In this document: positions 54,252-64,000 of the stretch, piece after piece
How the letters are laid out: each line of letters opens with the position of its first letter
Numbering within the stretch: the first letter of the stretch is position 1
Source: Capsulimonadaceae bacterium
Lineage (GTDB): Bacteria > Armatimonadota > Armatimonadia > Armatimonadales > Capsulimonadaceae
Reading direction: 5' to 3'
Length of the DNA stretch: 64,000 nt
Assembly: GCA_965215505.1 (NCBI GenBank)
Contig: OZ244065.1
Span: 4,000,001 to 4,064,000 of the forward strand
Notes under the pieces: generated by a model
What the model saw: only the letters and a program-made list of their open reading frames with translations
Database searches by the model: none
What the model was told of the DNA's origin: nothing
Made by a program: the position numbers and the translations under genes

Positions 54252-57005
54252 TCAATCTTTCCCCCCGCTCTGCTGCAAGATCTTCGCGATCAGCCCCGTC
54301 CACCCCGTCTGGTGGGTGGCCCCCAGGCCCGCGCCGGTGTCGCCGTGGAAGTATTCGTAGAACAGGATCAAGTCGCGCCAGTGCGGGTCGTCCGCGAAGA
54401 CGTCCGCCCCGCCGTGGGCCGGGCGGTGTCCGGACTCGCCGGGCACGAACAGCCGCCCGAGCCGGGCGGACAGGTCGGCGGCCACCTCCCACAAGGTCAT
54501 CCAGACCCCGCTGCCGGTCGGGCACTCCACCTTGTAGTCGTCGCCCAAATAGTGGTGGAACTTCTGGAGCGATTCGATGAGCAGATAGTTGACCGGGAAC
54601 CAGACCGGGCCGCGCCAGTTGGAGTTGCCGCCGAAGACCTCCGTCTGCGACTCGGCCGGCTCGTACCCCACCGTGTAGTCGCGGCCCTCGACGGACAGCA
54701 CATAGGGATGGTCCCGGTGCCGGGCGGACAGGGCGCGGATGCCGTAGGGGGACAGGAACTCGGCCTCGTCCAGCATGATCCGCAGGACGCGGCGCAGGCG
54801 GTCGGGGCTGACGATCGCCAGCAGGCGGCGCTGGCCCTTGCCCGGCACAGTCATGGAGGGCAGGTCGGCGGTCAGGTCAGGGCGGTAGTCCACGAACCAG
54901 TCCAGACGCCGCGTGAAGTGGGCCAGCTTGTTCAGGATCTTCGGCTCCAAAGTCTCCACGGCGAACAGGGGGATCAGTCCGACCATCGAGCGGACCTTTA
55001 AAGGCTCCGAGGTGCCGTCGGGCCGCTGCAAGACGTCGTAGTAGAAGCCGTCTTCCTCGTCCCAGAGGTGCGTCCCGCCGTACCCCGTGCTTTGCCCGGT
55101 ATCGTTCATGGCGTAGGCGATGCGGACGAAATGCTCGAAGAACTTGGAGGCGACGTCCTCATAGGCCGGGTTGTCGCGGGCTAACTCTAAGGCGATGGTC
55201 ATCAGGTTCAGGCAGTACATCCCCATCCAGCTCGTCCCGTCTGCCTGCTGGATGTGGCCGCCGGTCGGCAGCGGCGCGCTGCGGTCAAAGACGCCGATGT
55301 TGTCCAGGCCCAGGAAGCCGCCCTGGAAGACGTTCCGCCCCTCGGCGTCCTTGCGGTTGACCCACCAGGTGAAGTTCATCAGCAGCTTGTGGAAGACGCG
55401 CTCCAGAAACGCCCGGTCCGGCCCGGCCCGCTTTTTCTCGATCTTGTAGACCCGCCAGGCCGCCCAGGCGTGGACGGGCGGGTTGACGTCGCTGAACTCC
55501 CACTCGTAGGCCGGGAGCTGTCCGTTCGGGTGCATGTACCACTCGCGCAGCATCAGGACGAGCTGGTCTTTGGCGAAGTCCGAGTCAACCAGCGCGAGCG
55601 GCAGGCAGTGGAAGGCGAGGTCCCAGGCCGCATACCAGGGGTACTCCCATTTGTCCGGCATGGAAAGCACATCCGCGTTGAACAGGTGCGCCCACTCGCC
55701 GTTGCGCCCCTGCCTCCGGTCGGGAGGCGGCGGCTGGGCTGGGTCGCCGGTCAGCCACTGCTCCTGGACGTAGTGGTAGAACTGCTTGGACCAGAGCAGG
55801 CCCGCGAACGCCTGCCGCATGACGGCCTTGTCGTCGGCGGAAAGATGGGCGGGAATGATTGGGGCGTAGAACTCGTCCGCCTCGGCCCGGCGCTTGGCGA
55901 GGACGGCGTCGAAGTCGGCGAAGGCGACGGCGTTCAGCGGCAGGGGTTCCGAATCGGAGAGCCGCAGGCGGACCGTGGCCGTCTCGCCGGGACCCAGGAC
56001 GAAGGCGTAGTGGGCGGCCACTTTGGTGCCGTCCTCCTCGGGATTGACCGCCTCGCGGCGTCCCCGCACGACGCACTCGCCGATGCCGTCTTTCACATGG
56101 GGCGTGGGGTTCGGGCTGCCGTAGAGCCGCTCGGCATTCGTCTCGTTCTCGGTGAACAGGAGGGGCGGCAGGCCCTCGCAGGTCAGCCAGCGCGGCCCGT
56201 AGTAGGGGTGGACGGCCTCCACCTGGGCGGCATAGTGCCCGTCCGCGACCCAATCTGCCGGGTCGGCCAGGGGGTCCGTCTGCATCCGCTGGCGGGTGGC
56301 GCGGGCCAGCCGGGGGCGCGGGCTCTCGTACCCCCAGGCCCAGGTGTTGCGGAACCAGAGCGTCGGCAGGATGTGCAGCGGGGCCGCCTCGGGCCCACGG
56401 TTGACGGCGGTGATCTGGATGCAGACGTCGTCCTGCCCGGCCTTGGCGTACTCGACGAACACGTCGAAGTACCGCCCTCCGTCGAAGACGCCGGTGTCCA
56501 GGATCTCGAACTCGCCCGCCGCCCGCCCGCGCTCCTTGTTCTCCCGGACGAGCTGCTCATAGGGGAAGGCCGCCTGCGGGTACTTGTACAGGAACTTCAT
56601 GTAGGAGTGCGTCGGGGTGCTGTCCAGGTAGAAATACTGCTCCTTGACGTCCTCGCCGTGGTTGCCCTCGGACCCGGACAGCCCGAACAGCCGCTCCTTC
56701 AGGATCGCGTCCTGGCCGTTCCACAGGGCGAGGGCGAAGCAGACCAGTTGGTGCCGGTCGGAGATTCCGGCCAGCCCGTCCTCGTCCCATCGGTAGGCCT
56801 TGGACCGGGCGGCGTCGTGGGGCAGATAGTCCCAGGCGGACCCGTCCGGCGAGTAGTCCTCGCGGACGGTCCCCCACGACCTCTCGCTGAGGTAGGGACC
56901 CCACCGCTTCCAGTGGGCCGTCCGCCGGCGCGACTCGTCCAGCCGCTTCTGCTCCTCCGTCCTCTCCTCGGCCCTCTTGTCTTCGCCCTTTTTTTCTTCC
57001 GCCAA
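54252..57005 (-). CDS. MGH1-like (GH63) glucosidase
   Basis: [53 protein letters not shown]; start approximate. Confidence 0.9.
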   Translation of the reverse strand: MAEEKKGEDKRAEERTEEQKRLDESRRRTAHWKRWGPYLSERSWGTVREDYSPDGSAWDYLPHDAARSKAYRWDEDGLAGISDRHQLVCFALALWNGQDAILKERLFGLSGSEGNHGEDVKEQYFYLDSTPTHSYMKFLYKYPQAAFPYEQLVRENKERGRAAGEFEILDTGVFDGGRYFDVFVEYAKAGQDDVCIQITAVNRGPEAAPLHILPTLWFRNTWAWGYESPRPRLARATRQRMQTDPLADPADWVADGHYAAQVEAVHPYYGPRWLTCEGLPPLLFTENETNAERLYGSPNPTPHVKDGIGECVVRGRREAVNPEEDGTKVAAHYAFVLGPGETATVRLRLSDSEPLPLNAVAFADFDAVLAKRRAEADEFYAPIIPAHLSADDKAVMRQAFAGLLWSKQFYHYVQEQWLTGDPAQPPPPDRRQGRNGEWAHLFNADVLSMPDKWEYPWYAAWDLAFHCLPLALVDSDFAKDQLVLMLREWYMHPNGQLPAYEWEFSDVNPPVHAWAAWRVYKIEKKRAGPDRAFLERVFHKLLMNFTWWVNRKDAEGRNVFQGGFLGLDNIGVFDRSAPLPTGGHIQQADGTSWMGMYCLNLMTIALELARDNPAYEDVASKFFEHFVRIAYAMNDTGQSTGYGGTHLWDEEDGFYYDVLQRPDGTSEPLKVRSMVGLIPLFAVETLEPKILNKLAHFTRRLDWFVDYRPDLTADLPSMTVPGKGQRRLLAIVSPDRLRRVLRIMLDEAEFLSPYGIRALSARHRDHPYVLSVEGRDYTVGYEPAESQTEVFGGNSNWRGPVWFPVNYLLIESLQKFHHYLGDDYKVECPTGSGVWMTLWEVAADLSARLGRLFVPGESGHRPAHGGADVFADDPHWRDLILFYEYFHGDTGAGLGATHQTGWTGLIAKILQQSGGKD

Positions 57006-57240
57006 GCGCCCGCCGCCTTTCCGCTCCCGCCAACCCCCCGCAGGCACGTCCTCGTCCGCGCGGCACACTAGGAAGAGTATAGCACAGGGGACGGCGTTGT
57101 GGGTGGGGAAGGGCACCCGCACTGGAAGGCAGACGGCAGAACAAAGGCAGACGGCAGAACGGCCCGCCGCCTCTCACGATAGAGGCAGCGGGCCGATGTT
57201 CCGCCCCCGGACGTGCGCCGGGGCGGTGCCCGTGTGCGGC

Positions 57241-57855
57241 TCAGACGGCGCGCTTTGCCTTGCGGGCGCGCAGCAGCAGGCCGAGCAGGCCGACGCCGCC
57301 CAGGCCCATGCTGGCGACGGAGGACGGCTCGGGCACGGCGGCGGGGGCGGCCGGGACGCCGTTGAACCGGAGGGTGCCGGGTGCGCCGTTGGACTCCGAA
57401 TACTGGACCTCGTAGCTGTAGGTGCCCGCCCCCAGGTTCAGGGTCTTGGGTCCGTTCCCCGACGAGAGGACGGTCGGGCCTTGGACGCTGATCAGGGGCG
57501 TGTTGCTGTAGCCGGGGCCGGTCAGGAAGGAGTAGCTGCCGTCGTCCGAGGCCTGCGTGAACGTGTAACTCCCCGCCTTGTTGAGCGTGAAGCCCCCCTT
57601 GATTTCCAGGCTGAAGGCGTTGCCCGAAAAGTTCGTGCCCGAGTTGAAGTCGGCGATCGTGTCCTGCGTCGTTTTGAAGAAGCCGTCCGCTTCGGTGAAC
57701 GTGGCGAGGGCCTTGCCGGTGAAGGTGATGCTGGAGCCGGTGTCGGTTCCAGGGCCGTACTTGGTGATGGTCATCTGGGCGGAGGCGGCACCGGCCAGCA
57801 GCGCCATCCCTGTCGCGGCGGCGAGGCCGGTCAGGGATTTGAGAGTCAGGGTCAT
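57241..57855 (-). CDS. PEP-CTERM protein with PA14-like domain
   Basis: signal peptide, AGSYTFTQASDDGS, VPEPSS + TM + RARKAKR. Confidence 0.88.
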   Translation of the reverse strand: MTLTLKSLTGLAAATGMALLAGAASAQMTITKYGPGTDTGSSITFTGKALATFTEADGFFKTTQDTIADFNSGTNFSGNAFSLEIKGGFTLNKAGSYTFTQASDDGSYSFLTGPGYSNTPLISVQGPTVLSSGNGPKTLNLGAGTYSYEVQYSESNGAPGTLRFNGVPAAPAAVPEPSSVASMGLGGVGLLGLLLRARKAKRAV

Positions 57856-58075
57856 GGTTGTCTTCTTTCTGTCTGTAAAGATTGCGGGTCGCACAACAAA
57901 GTAATGCAACATCCGTGCCAGACGGGCGTCGGGCCATCAGCATAATTACTTGTTTTATGAATATATTTAGGCCGACACCGGGAAGCCGAAGAGGGAGGAA
58001 TGCACGCACATCGCGCCGAACAAGCCCCGCAGCGCCCGCCCGTCACAGGAAAGAGTCACAGGAGACACCCACGCC

Positions 58076-59347
58076 ATGACCTTGCAGCCGGACCCGACGC
58101 CGGGGGACACGTCCTGGTTCACCCAGGCCCGCTTCGGGCTTTTCATCCACTGGGGGCTGTACGCCCTGCCCGCCCGCCACGAGTGGGTCAAGAACCGGGA
58201 GAAGGTCTCGGACGCCGACTACGAGAAGTATTTCAAGCACTTCGACCCCGACCTGTATGACCCGGCCGTGTGGGCGGACGCAGCGGCGAACGCGGGCATG
58301 GGGTACTTCGTGGTCACCACCAAGCACCACGAGGGCTTCTGCCTGTGGGACTCGGCCCTCACCGACTACAAGGCCACGAACACCCCTTACGGTAGGGACC
58401 TCCTGCACCCGATGGTGGATGCGTTCAGGGCGAAGGGGCTGCGCGTCGGCTTTTACCACTCGCTGCTTGACTGGCACCACCCCGACTACCCTATAGACGA
58501 CCTGCACCCGATGCGCGACGACGCCCCCTCCCGCGCCTCAAACGCGGGCCGTGACCTGGCCCGCTATGTGGACTATCTGCACGGGCAGTCGCGCGAGCTG
58601 CTGACGCAGTTCGGCAAAGTGGATATCCTGTGGTATGATTTCTCCTACGGAGGCATGGGGAAGGAGCAGTGGCGGAGCGAGGAGCTGATCGCGGAGATAC
58701 GGCGGATGCAGCCGGACGTCGTCCTGAACGACCGCCTGCAAGTGGGCTGGGACATCAAGACCCCCGAGCAGTACCAGCCGCGCGAATGGGTGCGGGTGGA
58801 CGACAAGCCGGTGGTCTGGGAGGCCTGCCAGACCTTCAGCGGGTCCTGGGGCTATGCGCGCGATGAGGAGTCGTGGAAGAGCGTGGACACCCTCGTCCAG
58901 ATGCTCATTGACAGCGTTTCCAAGGGCGGAAACCTGCTCCTGAACGTCGGCCCGACGGGCCGGGGCGAGTTCGACGCCCGCGCCCTGGACCGGCTGGCGG
59001 GCATGGGCGAGTGGATGAAGCGCCATTCCCGGTCCATCAAGGGCTGCACGCAGGCCCCGGACGAGTTCAAGACGCCCCAGGACTGCCGCCTGACCTACAA
59101 CCCGCAGACGAACCGCCTGTACGTCCACCTGTTCGCCTGGCCCTTCGGCGAAATCCAGGTAGAAGGTCTGGCGGGCCGGGTCGCCTACGCCCAGCTATTA
59201 AACGACGCCTCCGAAATCCTGATGGGCCAGGACGAGTGGGGGGCGGGCCAGCCCGGCGGCGGGGCGGGGGCGGGCGCGCTGGTCCTGCGCCTGCCGGTCA
59301 AGAAGCCGCCCGTGACGGTGCCGGTGATCGAGCTGTTCCTGAAGTGA
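58076..59347 (+). CDS. alpha-L-fucosidase (GH29)
   Basis: FGLFIHWGLY, TTKHHEGFCLW, LWYD, GNLLLNVGP. Confidence 0.93.
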   Translation: MTLQPDPTPGDTSWFTQARFGLFIHWGLYALPARHEWVKNREKVSDADYEKYFKHFDPDLYDPAVWADAAANAGMGYFVVTTKHHEGFCLWDSALTDYKATNTPYGRDLLHPMVDAFRAKGLRVGFYHSLLDWHHPDYPIDDLHPMRDDAPSRASNAGRDLARYVDYLHGQSRELLTQFGKVDILWYDFSYGGMGKEQWRSEELIAEIRRMQPDVVLNDRLQVGWDIKTPEQYQPREWVRVDDKPVVWEACQTFSGSWGYARDEESWKSVDTLVQMLIDSVSKGGNLLLNVGPTGRGEFDARALDRLAGMGEWMKRHSRSIKGCTQAPDEFKTPQDCRLTYNPQTNRLYVHLFAWPFGEIQVEGLAGRVAYAQLLNDASEILMGQDEWGAGQPGGGAGAGALVLRLPVKKPPVTVPVIELFLK

Positions 59348-60642
59348 ATGTCGCCGCCGCCCTTGCTTCCGCCATTCCCGCCCTTGCCGCGGCGGGCGTA
59401 GACACACCGCGCCTGGACGCGCAGTTGCTGCTGGCCTGGACACTCAAGGCCAGCCGTGAGGACCTGGCACGGGACCCGGACCGCCTGCTGACGGGCCGCG
59501 AGCGGGTGATCTACGAAAAGGCCGTCTCCCTGCGAACGCTGCGCCGGCCCCTGCCGTATATCACCGGGGAGGCCTGGTTTTACGGGCGTCCCTTCAAGAT
59601 CAACCGGGCCGTCCTGATCCCGCGCCCGGAGACGGAAGACCTGGCGCTCGCGGCGCTGGAAATCTGCCGGAACGAACCCGCGCCCTTATTAGCAGACATC
59701 GGCACCGGCAGCGGGTGCTTGGCCGTGACTTTGGCCCTGGAACACCCCGGCGCGTCGGGCTGGGCCACCGACCTGTCCGCCGACGCCCTGAAGCTGGCCC
59801 GCAAGAACGTCGCCCGCTATGACCTGCAAGGGCGCGTGACCCTGCTCCACGGCGACCTGCTCGGCCCGTTGCCAACGGGCCTGCGCTTTGATGTCATCGT
59901 CAGCAACCCGCCGTATGTGCTTGAAGCCGACCTGCCGGGCCTCCAGCCCGAGGTGCGGGACTACGAGCCGGTCGTCGCCCTCTCCGGCGAGCCGGGCGCG
60001 GCGGGGTCGGACGGGACCGCCCTGCACCGCCGCCTGCTGGCCGAGGCTCCGCCGCATCTGAAACCGGGGGGCCGGCTCCTGATGGAAGTAGGGCAGGGGC
60101 AGTTCGAATCGGTGGCGCAGGCCGCCCGTGATTCTGGGTATGAAGACGTGATGATCCGAAAAGACATGGCGGGCATCGGGCGGATCGTGGGGGGGCGGTG
60201 GCCCCTCGCCCTCGTCGCCGCCATGCTCGCCGCCGGATGCTCGGGCTTGTTGGCCGGATGCTCGGCCCGAGACCCCGTCACCGAGACGCCGGTCTATCAC
60301 ATCGGCACGCCCACCAACCGGTCGTCGGTCAACTCCTGGGAGCTGGACACCGCCCCGCTCAACACCCAGCCGGGCGTCTACGGCGGCAAGCCCGTTCACC
60401 TGAAGGCCATCGCCTCCCAGCGCCGCTTTGAAGTGGATGACCCGGCTGCCAAAGCCGTCCTGAGCGCCCTGAGCGCGGACGGCTCGGTCCCGACACAGTA
60501 CCTCTCGGCCAGCGGCGAGGGCGGCGTGGTGATCCTCATCGGCAGCGTCCCCGACGCGGGGCGCAAGGCGCGCGCCGAGCAGATCGCCCGCGCCGTGCCC
60601 GGCGTGAAGCGGCTGGACAGCCGGCTGATGGTGGTGCCATAA
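59344..60642 (+). CDS. prmC: release-factor glutamine methyltransferase, read through in frame into a lipoprotein-signal + BON domain
   Basis: PLPYITG, VLIPRPETE, DIGTGSG, SNPPY, DMAG..R; then LAAGC/LLAGC and GVVILIGSV..AE.IAR.VPGV. Confidence 0.88.
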   Translation: MNVAAALASAIPALAAAGVDTPRLDAQLLLAWTLKASREDLARDPDRLLTGRERVIYEKAVSLRTLRRPLPYITGEAWFYGRPFKINRAVLIPRPETEDLALAALEICRNEPAPLLADIGTGSGCLAVTLALEHPGASGWATDLSADALKLARKNVARYDLQGRVTLLHGDLLGPLPTGLRFDVIVSNPPYVLEADLPGLQPEVRDYEPVVALSGEPGAAGSDGTALHRRLLAEAPPHLKPGGRLLMEVGQGQFESVAQAARDSGYEDVMIRKDMAGIGRIVGGRWPLALVAAMLAAGCSGLLAGCSARDPVTETPVYHIGTPTNRSSVNSWELDTAPLNTQPGVYGGKPVHLKAIASQRRFEVDDPAAKAVLSALSADGSVPTQYLSASGEGGVVILIGSVPDAGRKARAEQIARAVPGVKRLDSRLMVVP

Positions 60643-60646
60643 GACT

Positions 60647-61285
60647 ATGACCGAACTCCTCCAAATCAACCCCGCCGACCCCGATCCGGCCATCCTGGCC
60701 CACGCCGGGGACGTCCTGCGAATGGGCGGGCTGGTCGCCTATCCGACCGAAACCGTCTACGGCCTGGCCGCAAGCGCCTTCGTCGTGGACAGCGTCGCGC
60801 GCGTCTTTGATGCCAAGCAGCGGCCGTTCGGCCAGGCCCTGCCGGTGCAGATCGCCGCGCCGGAAGAGGTCGAGACGCTGGCGCGTGACGTGTCCGCCGA
60901 GGCCAAGCGGCTGGTCGTCGACTTTTTCCCCGGACCGCTGACTTTGGTGCTGTGGCGGCTGCCCTCCGTCTCGCTCACCGTGACCGGCGGCGGCAACACC
61001 ATCGGGCTGCGGATGCCCGACCACCCGATCGCCCTGGGCGTCCTGCGCGCCTTCGGTGCCCCGGTCGTCTGCCCCTCGGCAAACCTCACGGGCCGCCGCG
61101 CCCCCATGTCCGCCCGTGACGTGCTGGACGACCTGGACGGCCGGATAGACCTCGTTCTGGACGGCGGCGAGACGGCGGACCGGACCCCCAGCAGCGTCCT
61201 GGACCTGACGACGCGGCCCGCCCGCCTGCTCCGCGAGGGCAAGATCGGGCGGGCCGTCTTGGAGGGCTATGTGGAGATCGCGTAG
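60647..61285 (+). CDS. tsaC: L-threonylcarbamoyladenylate synthase (Sua5/YrdC)
   Basis: AYPTETVYGL, KQRP, PGPLT, RMPDH, SAN, LREG. Confidence 0.93.
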   Translation: MTELLQINPADPDPAILAHAGDVLRMGGLVAYPTETVYGLAASAFVVDSVARVFDAKQRPFGQALPVQIAAPEEVETLARDVSAEAKRLVVDFFPGPLTLVLWRLPSVSLTVTGGGNTIGLRMPDHPIALGVLRAFGAPVVCPSANLTGRRAPMSARDVLDDLDGRIDLVLDGGETADRTPSSVLDLTTRPARLLREGKIGRAVLEGYVEIA

Positions 61286-61325
61286 GGGCGGGGTCCCCCT
61301 GCCCTCTTCTATCCTGGCCCACTTC

Positions 61326-62072
61326 TCAGGCATTCTCGTACACGTTCCCCGCCACATCCACGCCGCGCGCCAGCCAGATCGGGTGGCCGACGTTCCTCTC
61401 CGGATAGACCATCGTGGTCGTCGGGAAGTAGCGCATGGTATAGCCCGCCCGGCGCTTGTCCGAGGTGTTCGCCCGCGCACCGTGCATGATCCGCGCTTCG
61501 TGCAGGCTGCACTCGTCCGGCTTCAGCTCGAAATAGACCGCCTGAGACTCGTCTATCAGGTCCGCCTTGATCTGCGACTGGAAGATGTTGGCCGACTCGT
61601 CCGCCACGGCCTCATACTCCGAGAAGCCGCCGTGCTGGCTGCCGGGGATGACCGCCATGCAGCCGTTCTCCTTCGTCGCCTCGTCAATCGCCAGCCAGAC
61701 CGTGCAGATGCCCGCCATCGTGGAGGTCCGCCCGTTCCAGTAGGACGAGTCCTCGTGCCACGGTGTGGCCTTACCCATCTTGGGGTCCTTGGAGATGAAG
61801 TGGCTGGCCCACAGCCCGATGTTCGGCCCGACCAGCGGCTCGATCAGGTCCAGGACCTCGGCGGACAGCAGGAACTCCAACAGACGTGCGTCGCGCGTGT
61901 GAATCATGTCCATGCCGCCGGACCCCTCGCGGGCCAGGTTCTCTTCAAAGATCGCCCGCAGCTTGGCGAACTTGTCCGGCGCGAACAGCGGCTGCTTGAC
62001 CAGCGTGTAGCCGTCTCGCTGGTACTGCGCGGCCTGTTCGGGCGTCAGGCGGGGGGAAGTGAGTGTCGTCAT
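61326..62072 (-). CDS. phytanoyl-CoA dioxygenase family Fe(II)/2OG oxygenase
   Basis: WHED, WLAID, NGCM..IPGS, HGARAN..RR. Confidence 0.9.
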   Translation of the reverse strand: MTTLTSPRLTPEQAAQYQRDGYTLVKQPLFAPDKFAKLRAIFEENLAREGSGGMDMIHTRDARLLEFLLSAEVLDLIEPLVGPNIGLWASHFISKDPKMGKATPWHEDSSYWNGRTSTMAGICTVWLAIDEATKENGCMAVIPGSQHGGFSEYEAVADESANIFQSQIKADLIDESQAVYFELKPDECSLHEARIMHGARANTSDKRRAGYTMRYFPTTTMVYPERNVGHPIWLARGVDVAGNVYENA

Positions 62073-62167
62073 CGGCGTGGCCTCCGGTGGTGTGTGATGC
62101 GACCATTATACGGCAACGGCCATGAAAGGTCTTGCGCTGGGACAACCATTTATTGTATCCTAGCGAC

Positions 62168-63034
62168 ATGGCACCCCAGCACCTGCATTTCGACCGGGTC
62201 GCGCCTGGCCGCGACTTCCATGCCGCCCTCGCCCCCGACTTCCCCCGCCGGGCGGACCTCGTGCTGCACACCCACGACTTTTCCGAGGCGATGTATGTCC
62301 TGGATGGGGCCGGGACGCACGCCCTGAACGGCGCGGATCACGTCCTGCGCGCGGGTGACCTGCTGTGGATACGCCCCCAGGACCGTCACGGCTTTTATGT
62401 GCGTCCCGGTCAAAAGATGCACTTCATCAACATCGCGTTCCGGCAGGGACTGTGGGCCGACTTCCGCCGCCTGGCCCTGGATGCGCCCGGCCCAACCGAC
62501 TGGGAGGCCGCGCCCGCCCCGCCCGCCGTCCACGTCCCGCCCGCGCGCCGGTCTGAAAGCGCCCGGCTCTTCCAGGACATGCTGCTGCTGTTCCATGCCC
62601 GCCCCACGCGCCTGGCCTTGTGCCGTTTCTGGGGAGAACTCCTGTCGCTGCTCGCGCCGCCGCCCGCCCTGCCGTCGCCCGACGCGCCCCCGCCGGTCGG
62701 CCCCGCCTGGCTGGCCCGCGCCTGCCTCTCTCTGCACTCCGAGGACGCCCTGCGGGCGGGCGTCCCGCGCCTGGTCGAACTGTGCGGGGTCAGCCCCGCC
62801 CACCTCGCCCGGACGCTGAAGGCGAGCCAGGGCCGGACGCCGACCGAGTTTGTCAACGCCCTGCGACTGGAACACGCCGCCGTACTGCTGGCGACGACGA
62901 CGCAGGAGATCAGCGAAGTCGCCGCCGACTGTGGCTTTGAGAACCTGTCCTACTTCTACCGCCTGTTCCGCGCCCGCTTCGGCCAGTCCCCGCGCCGCTA
63001 CCGGCTGGGCGCGCGCCTGGCGGTGCTGCCATAG
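62168..63034 (+). CDS. AraC family regulator
   Basis: cupin HTHDFSE, C-terminal CGFENLSYFYRLF..SPRRYR. Confidence 0.93.
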   Translation: MAPQHLHFDRVAPGRDFHAALAPDFPRRADLVLHTHDFSEAMYVLDGAGTHALNGADHVLRAGDLLWIRPQDRHGFYVRPGQKMHFINIAFRQGLWADFRRLALDAPGPTDWEAAPAPPAVHVPPARRSESARLFQDMLLLFHARPTRLALCRFWGELLSLLAPPPALPSPDAPPPVGPAWLARACLSLHSEDALRAGVPRLVELCGVSPAHLARTLKASQGRTPTEFVNALRLEHAAVLLATTTQEISEVAADCGFENLSYFYRLFRARFGQSPRRYRLGARLAVLP

Positions 63035-63078
63035 GGGTGCCCGCCGCCTGCGCCGCTTTCGGGTACAATGTCCCCATC

Positions 63079-64000
63079 GTGCCTACCTTCCTCCGCATCC
63101 TTTCCCTGCTGCGCCCTTATACCCCCCCACTCGTTTTCGGCTTCCTCTGCCTCATCGGGTCGGTTGCCCTCGAACTCGCCCCGCCGCTGGTCTGGGGCGT
63201 CGTCGTGGATGACGTGGTCGTCCGCCGCCACGTCCAGAAACTCTGGCCCGCCGTGGTGGCCCTGACCCTGATCGCCGGCGGCAGCGCCGTCCTGTCCGCC
63301 GTCCGCACCCGGATTCTGGAATCGGTCGGCCAGCGATTCGTCTATGACCTGCGGAACACGCTTTATGACAAGCTCTCCCATCAGTCGCTGGCCTACTTCA
63401 ATGAGGCCCGGACGGGCGACCTGATGAGCCGGGCATCGTCCGACGTGGACGCCGTGCAGGAGGTGGTCATCCGTGGCACCGACTCGATCATCGCGAACTT
63501 CCTGCGGCTGGCCGGGGTCGCGGTCATCTTCTGTGCCCTGAACCTGAAACTCGGGCTTGCCACCCTTCTGCCCATCCTGCTGGTCGGCGTCTTCCTGAAA
63601 CTGTTCAACAAGCGCGTCAAAGGCGTTTACAAAGCCGCCCGCGAGAAGCTGGGCCTGGTCAATGCCAAGCTGCAAGACAACCTCTCAGGCATCCGGGTCA
63701 TCAAGGCGTTCGCCCGCGAGCGGGCCGAGGCGGAGGCGTTCGAGCGCGTCAACCATCGCTATCTGAAGGACAACATCGAGGCAATCAAGCTGCGTGCGAC
63801 GTTCTTCCCGTTCGTCCGCTGGATCGCCTCCTTCGGCAACACCATCACCATCGGCTACGGCGCGTGGCTGATTTTGCACGGGCAGTTCACCGTCGGCGGC
63901 CTGGTGGCCTACCGGGGTTACGGGCGGTACTTCTTCGGGCCGATTGACGACCTGACCCAGATCAACGACACCATCCAGCGGGCCGTCGCGGCGGGCAACC
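63079..64000 (+). CDS. ABC exporter, transmembrane domain (runs off the window)
   Basis: my translation from GTG 63079: LLRPY, YDLRNTLYDKL, RTGDLMSR, GIRVIKAFARE; no stop before 64000. Confidence 0.9.
   Translation, partial: MPTFLRILSLLRPYTPPLVFGFLCLIGSVALELAPPLVWGVVVDDVVVRRHVQKLWPAVVALTLIAGGSAVLSAVRTRILESVGQRFVYDLRNTLYDKLSHQSLAYFNEARTGDLMSRASSDVDAVQEVVIRGTDSIIANFLRLAGVAVIFCALNLKLGLATLLPILLVGVFLKLFNKRVKGVYKAAREKLGLVNAKLQDNLSGIRVIKAFARERAEAEAFERVNHRYLKDNIEAIKLRATFFPFVRWIASFGNTITIGYGAWLILHGQFTVGGLVAYRGYGRYFFGPIDDLTQINDTIQRAVAAGN

Noticed and set aside
59011-59343. N-terminal extension of PrmC in the ORF track
   Set aside because: overlaps the fucosidase in another frame; GTG 59344 overlapping the fucosidase stop gives a normal PrmC N-terminus
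1-64000. tRNA, rRNA, prophage or integrase
   Set aside because: no cloverleaf or rRNA signatures and no phage or recombinase genes recognised by eye; tRNAscan/Infernal not run

Overview
High-GC bacterial chromosomal segment. PEP-CTERM, HAF-repeat, copper-amine-oxidase-N and W-P-P-P-P membrane proteins suggest an Armatimonadota-like soil organism; this is inference only. The core is an ~18 kb same-strand arginine biosynthesis cluster (argC-argJ-argB-argD-argF-argG-argH). It is interrupted by accessory genes (two PIN toxin-antitoxin pairs, SMI1/KNR4, Uma2, transglutaminase, EamA, RidA, HAD, an IS200/REP-type HUH transposase) and by long palindromic repeats. Two features suggest an undescribed arginine-control system. 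First, ArgF carries two N-terminal ClpC-type Clp-repeat domains, each with its own RBS and ATG, and one keeps the phosphoarginine-pocket motifs. Second, the cluster leader has a sigma70 promoter, an Arg-rich 32-codon uORF and mutually exclusive antiterminator/terminator hairpins. Also present: a PrmC-lipoprotein/BON read-through fusion, an archaeal-looking ArgG, an island bounded by a duplicated gene 5' end, two IS5-family elements with in-frame tandem-repeat expansions, sugar-utilisation enzymes, c-di-GMP enzymes and several REP/MITE families. No rRNA, tRNA or CRISPR array was seen.
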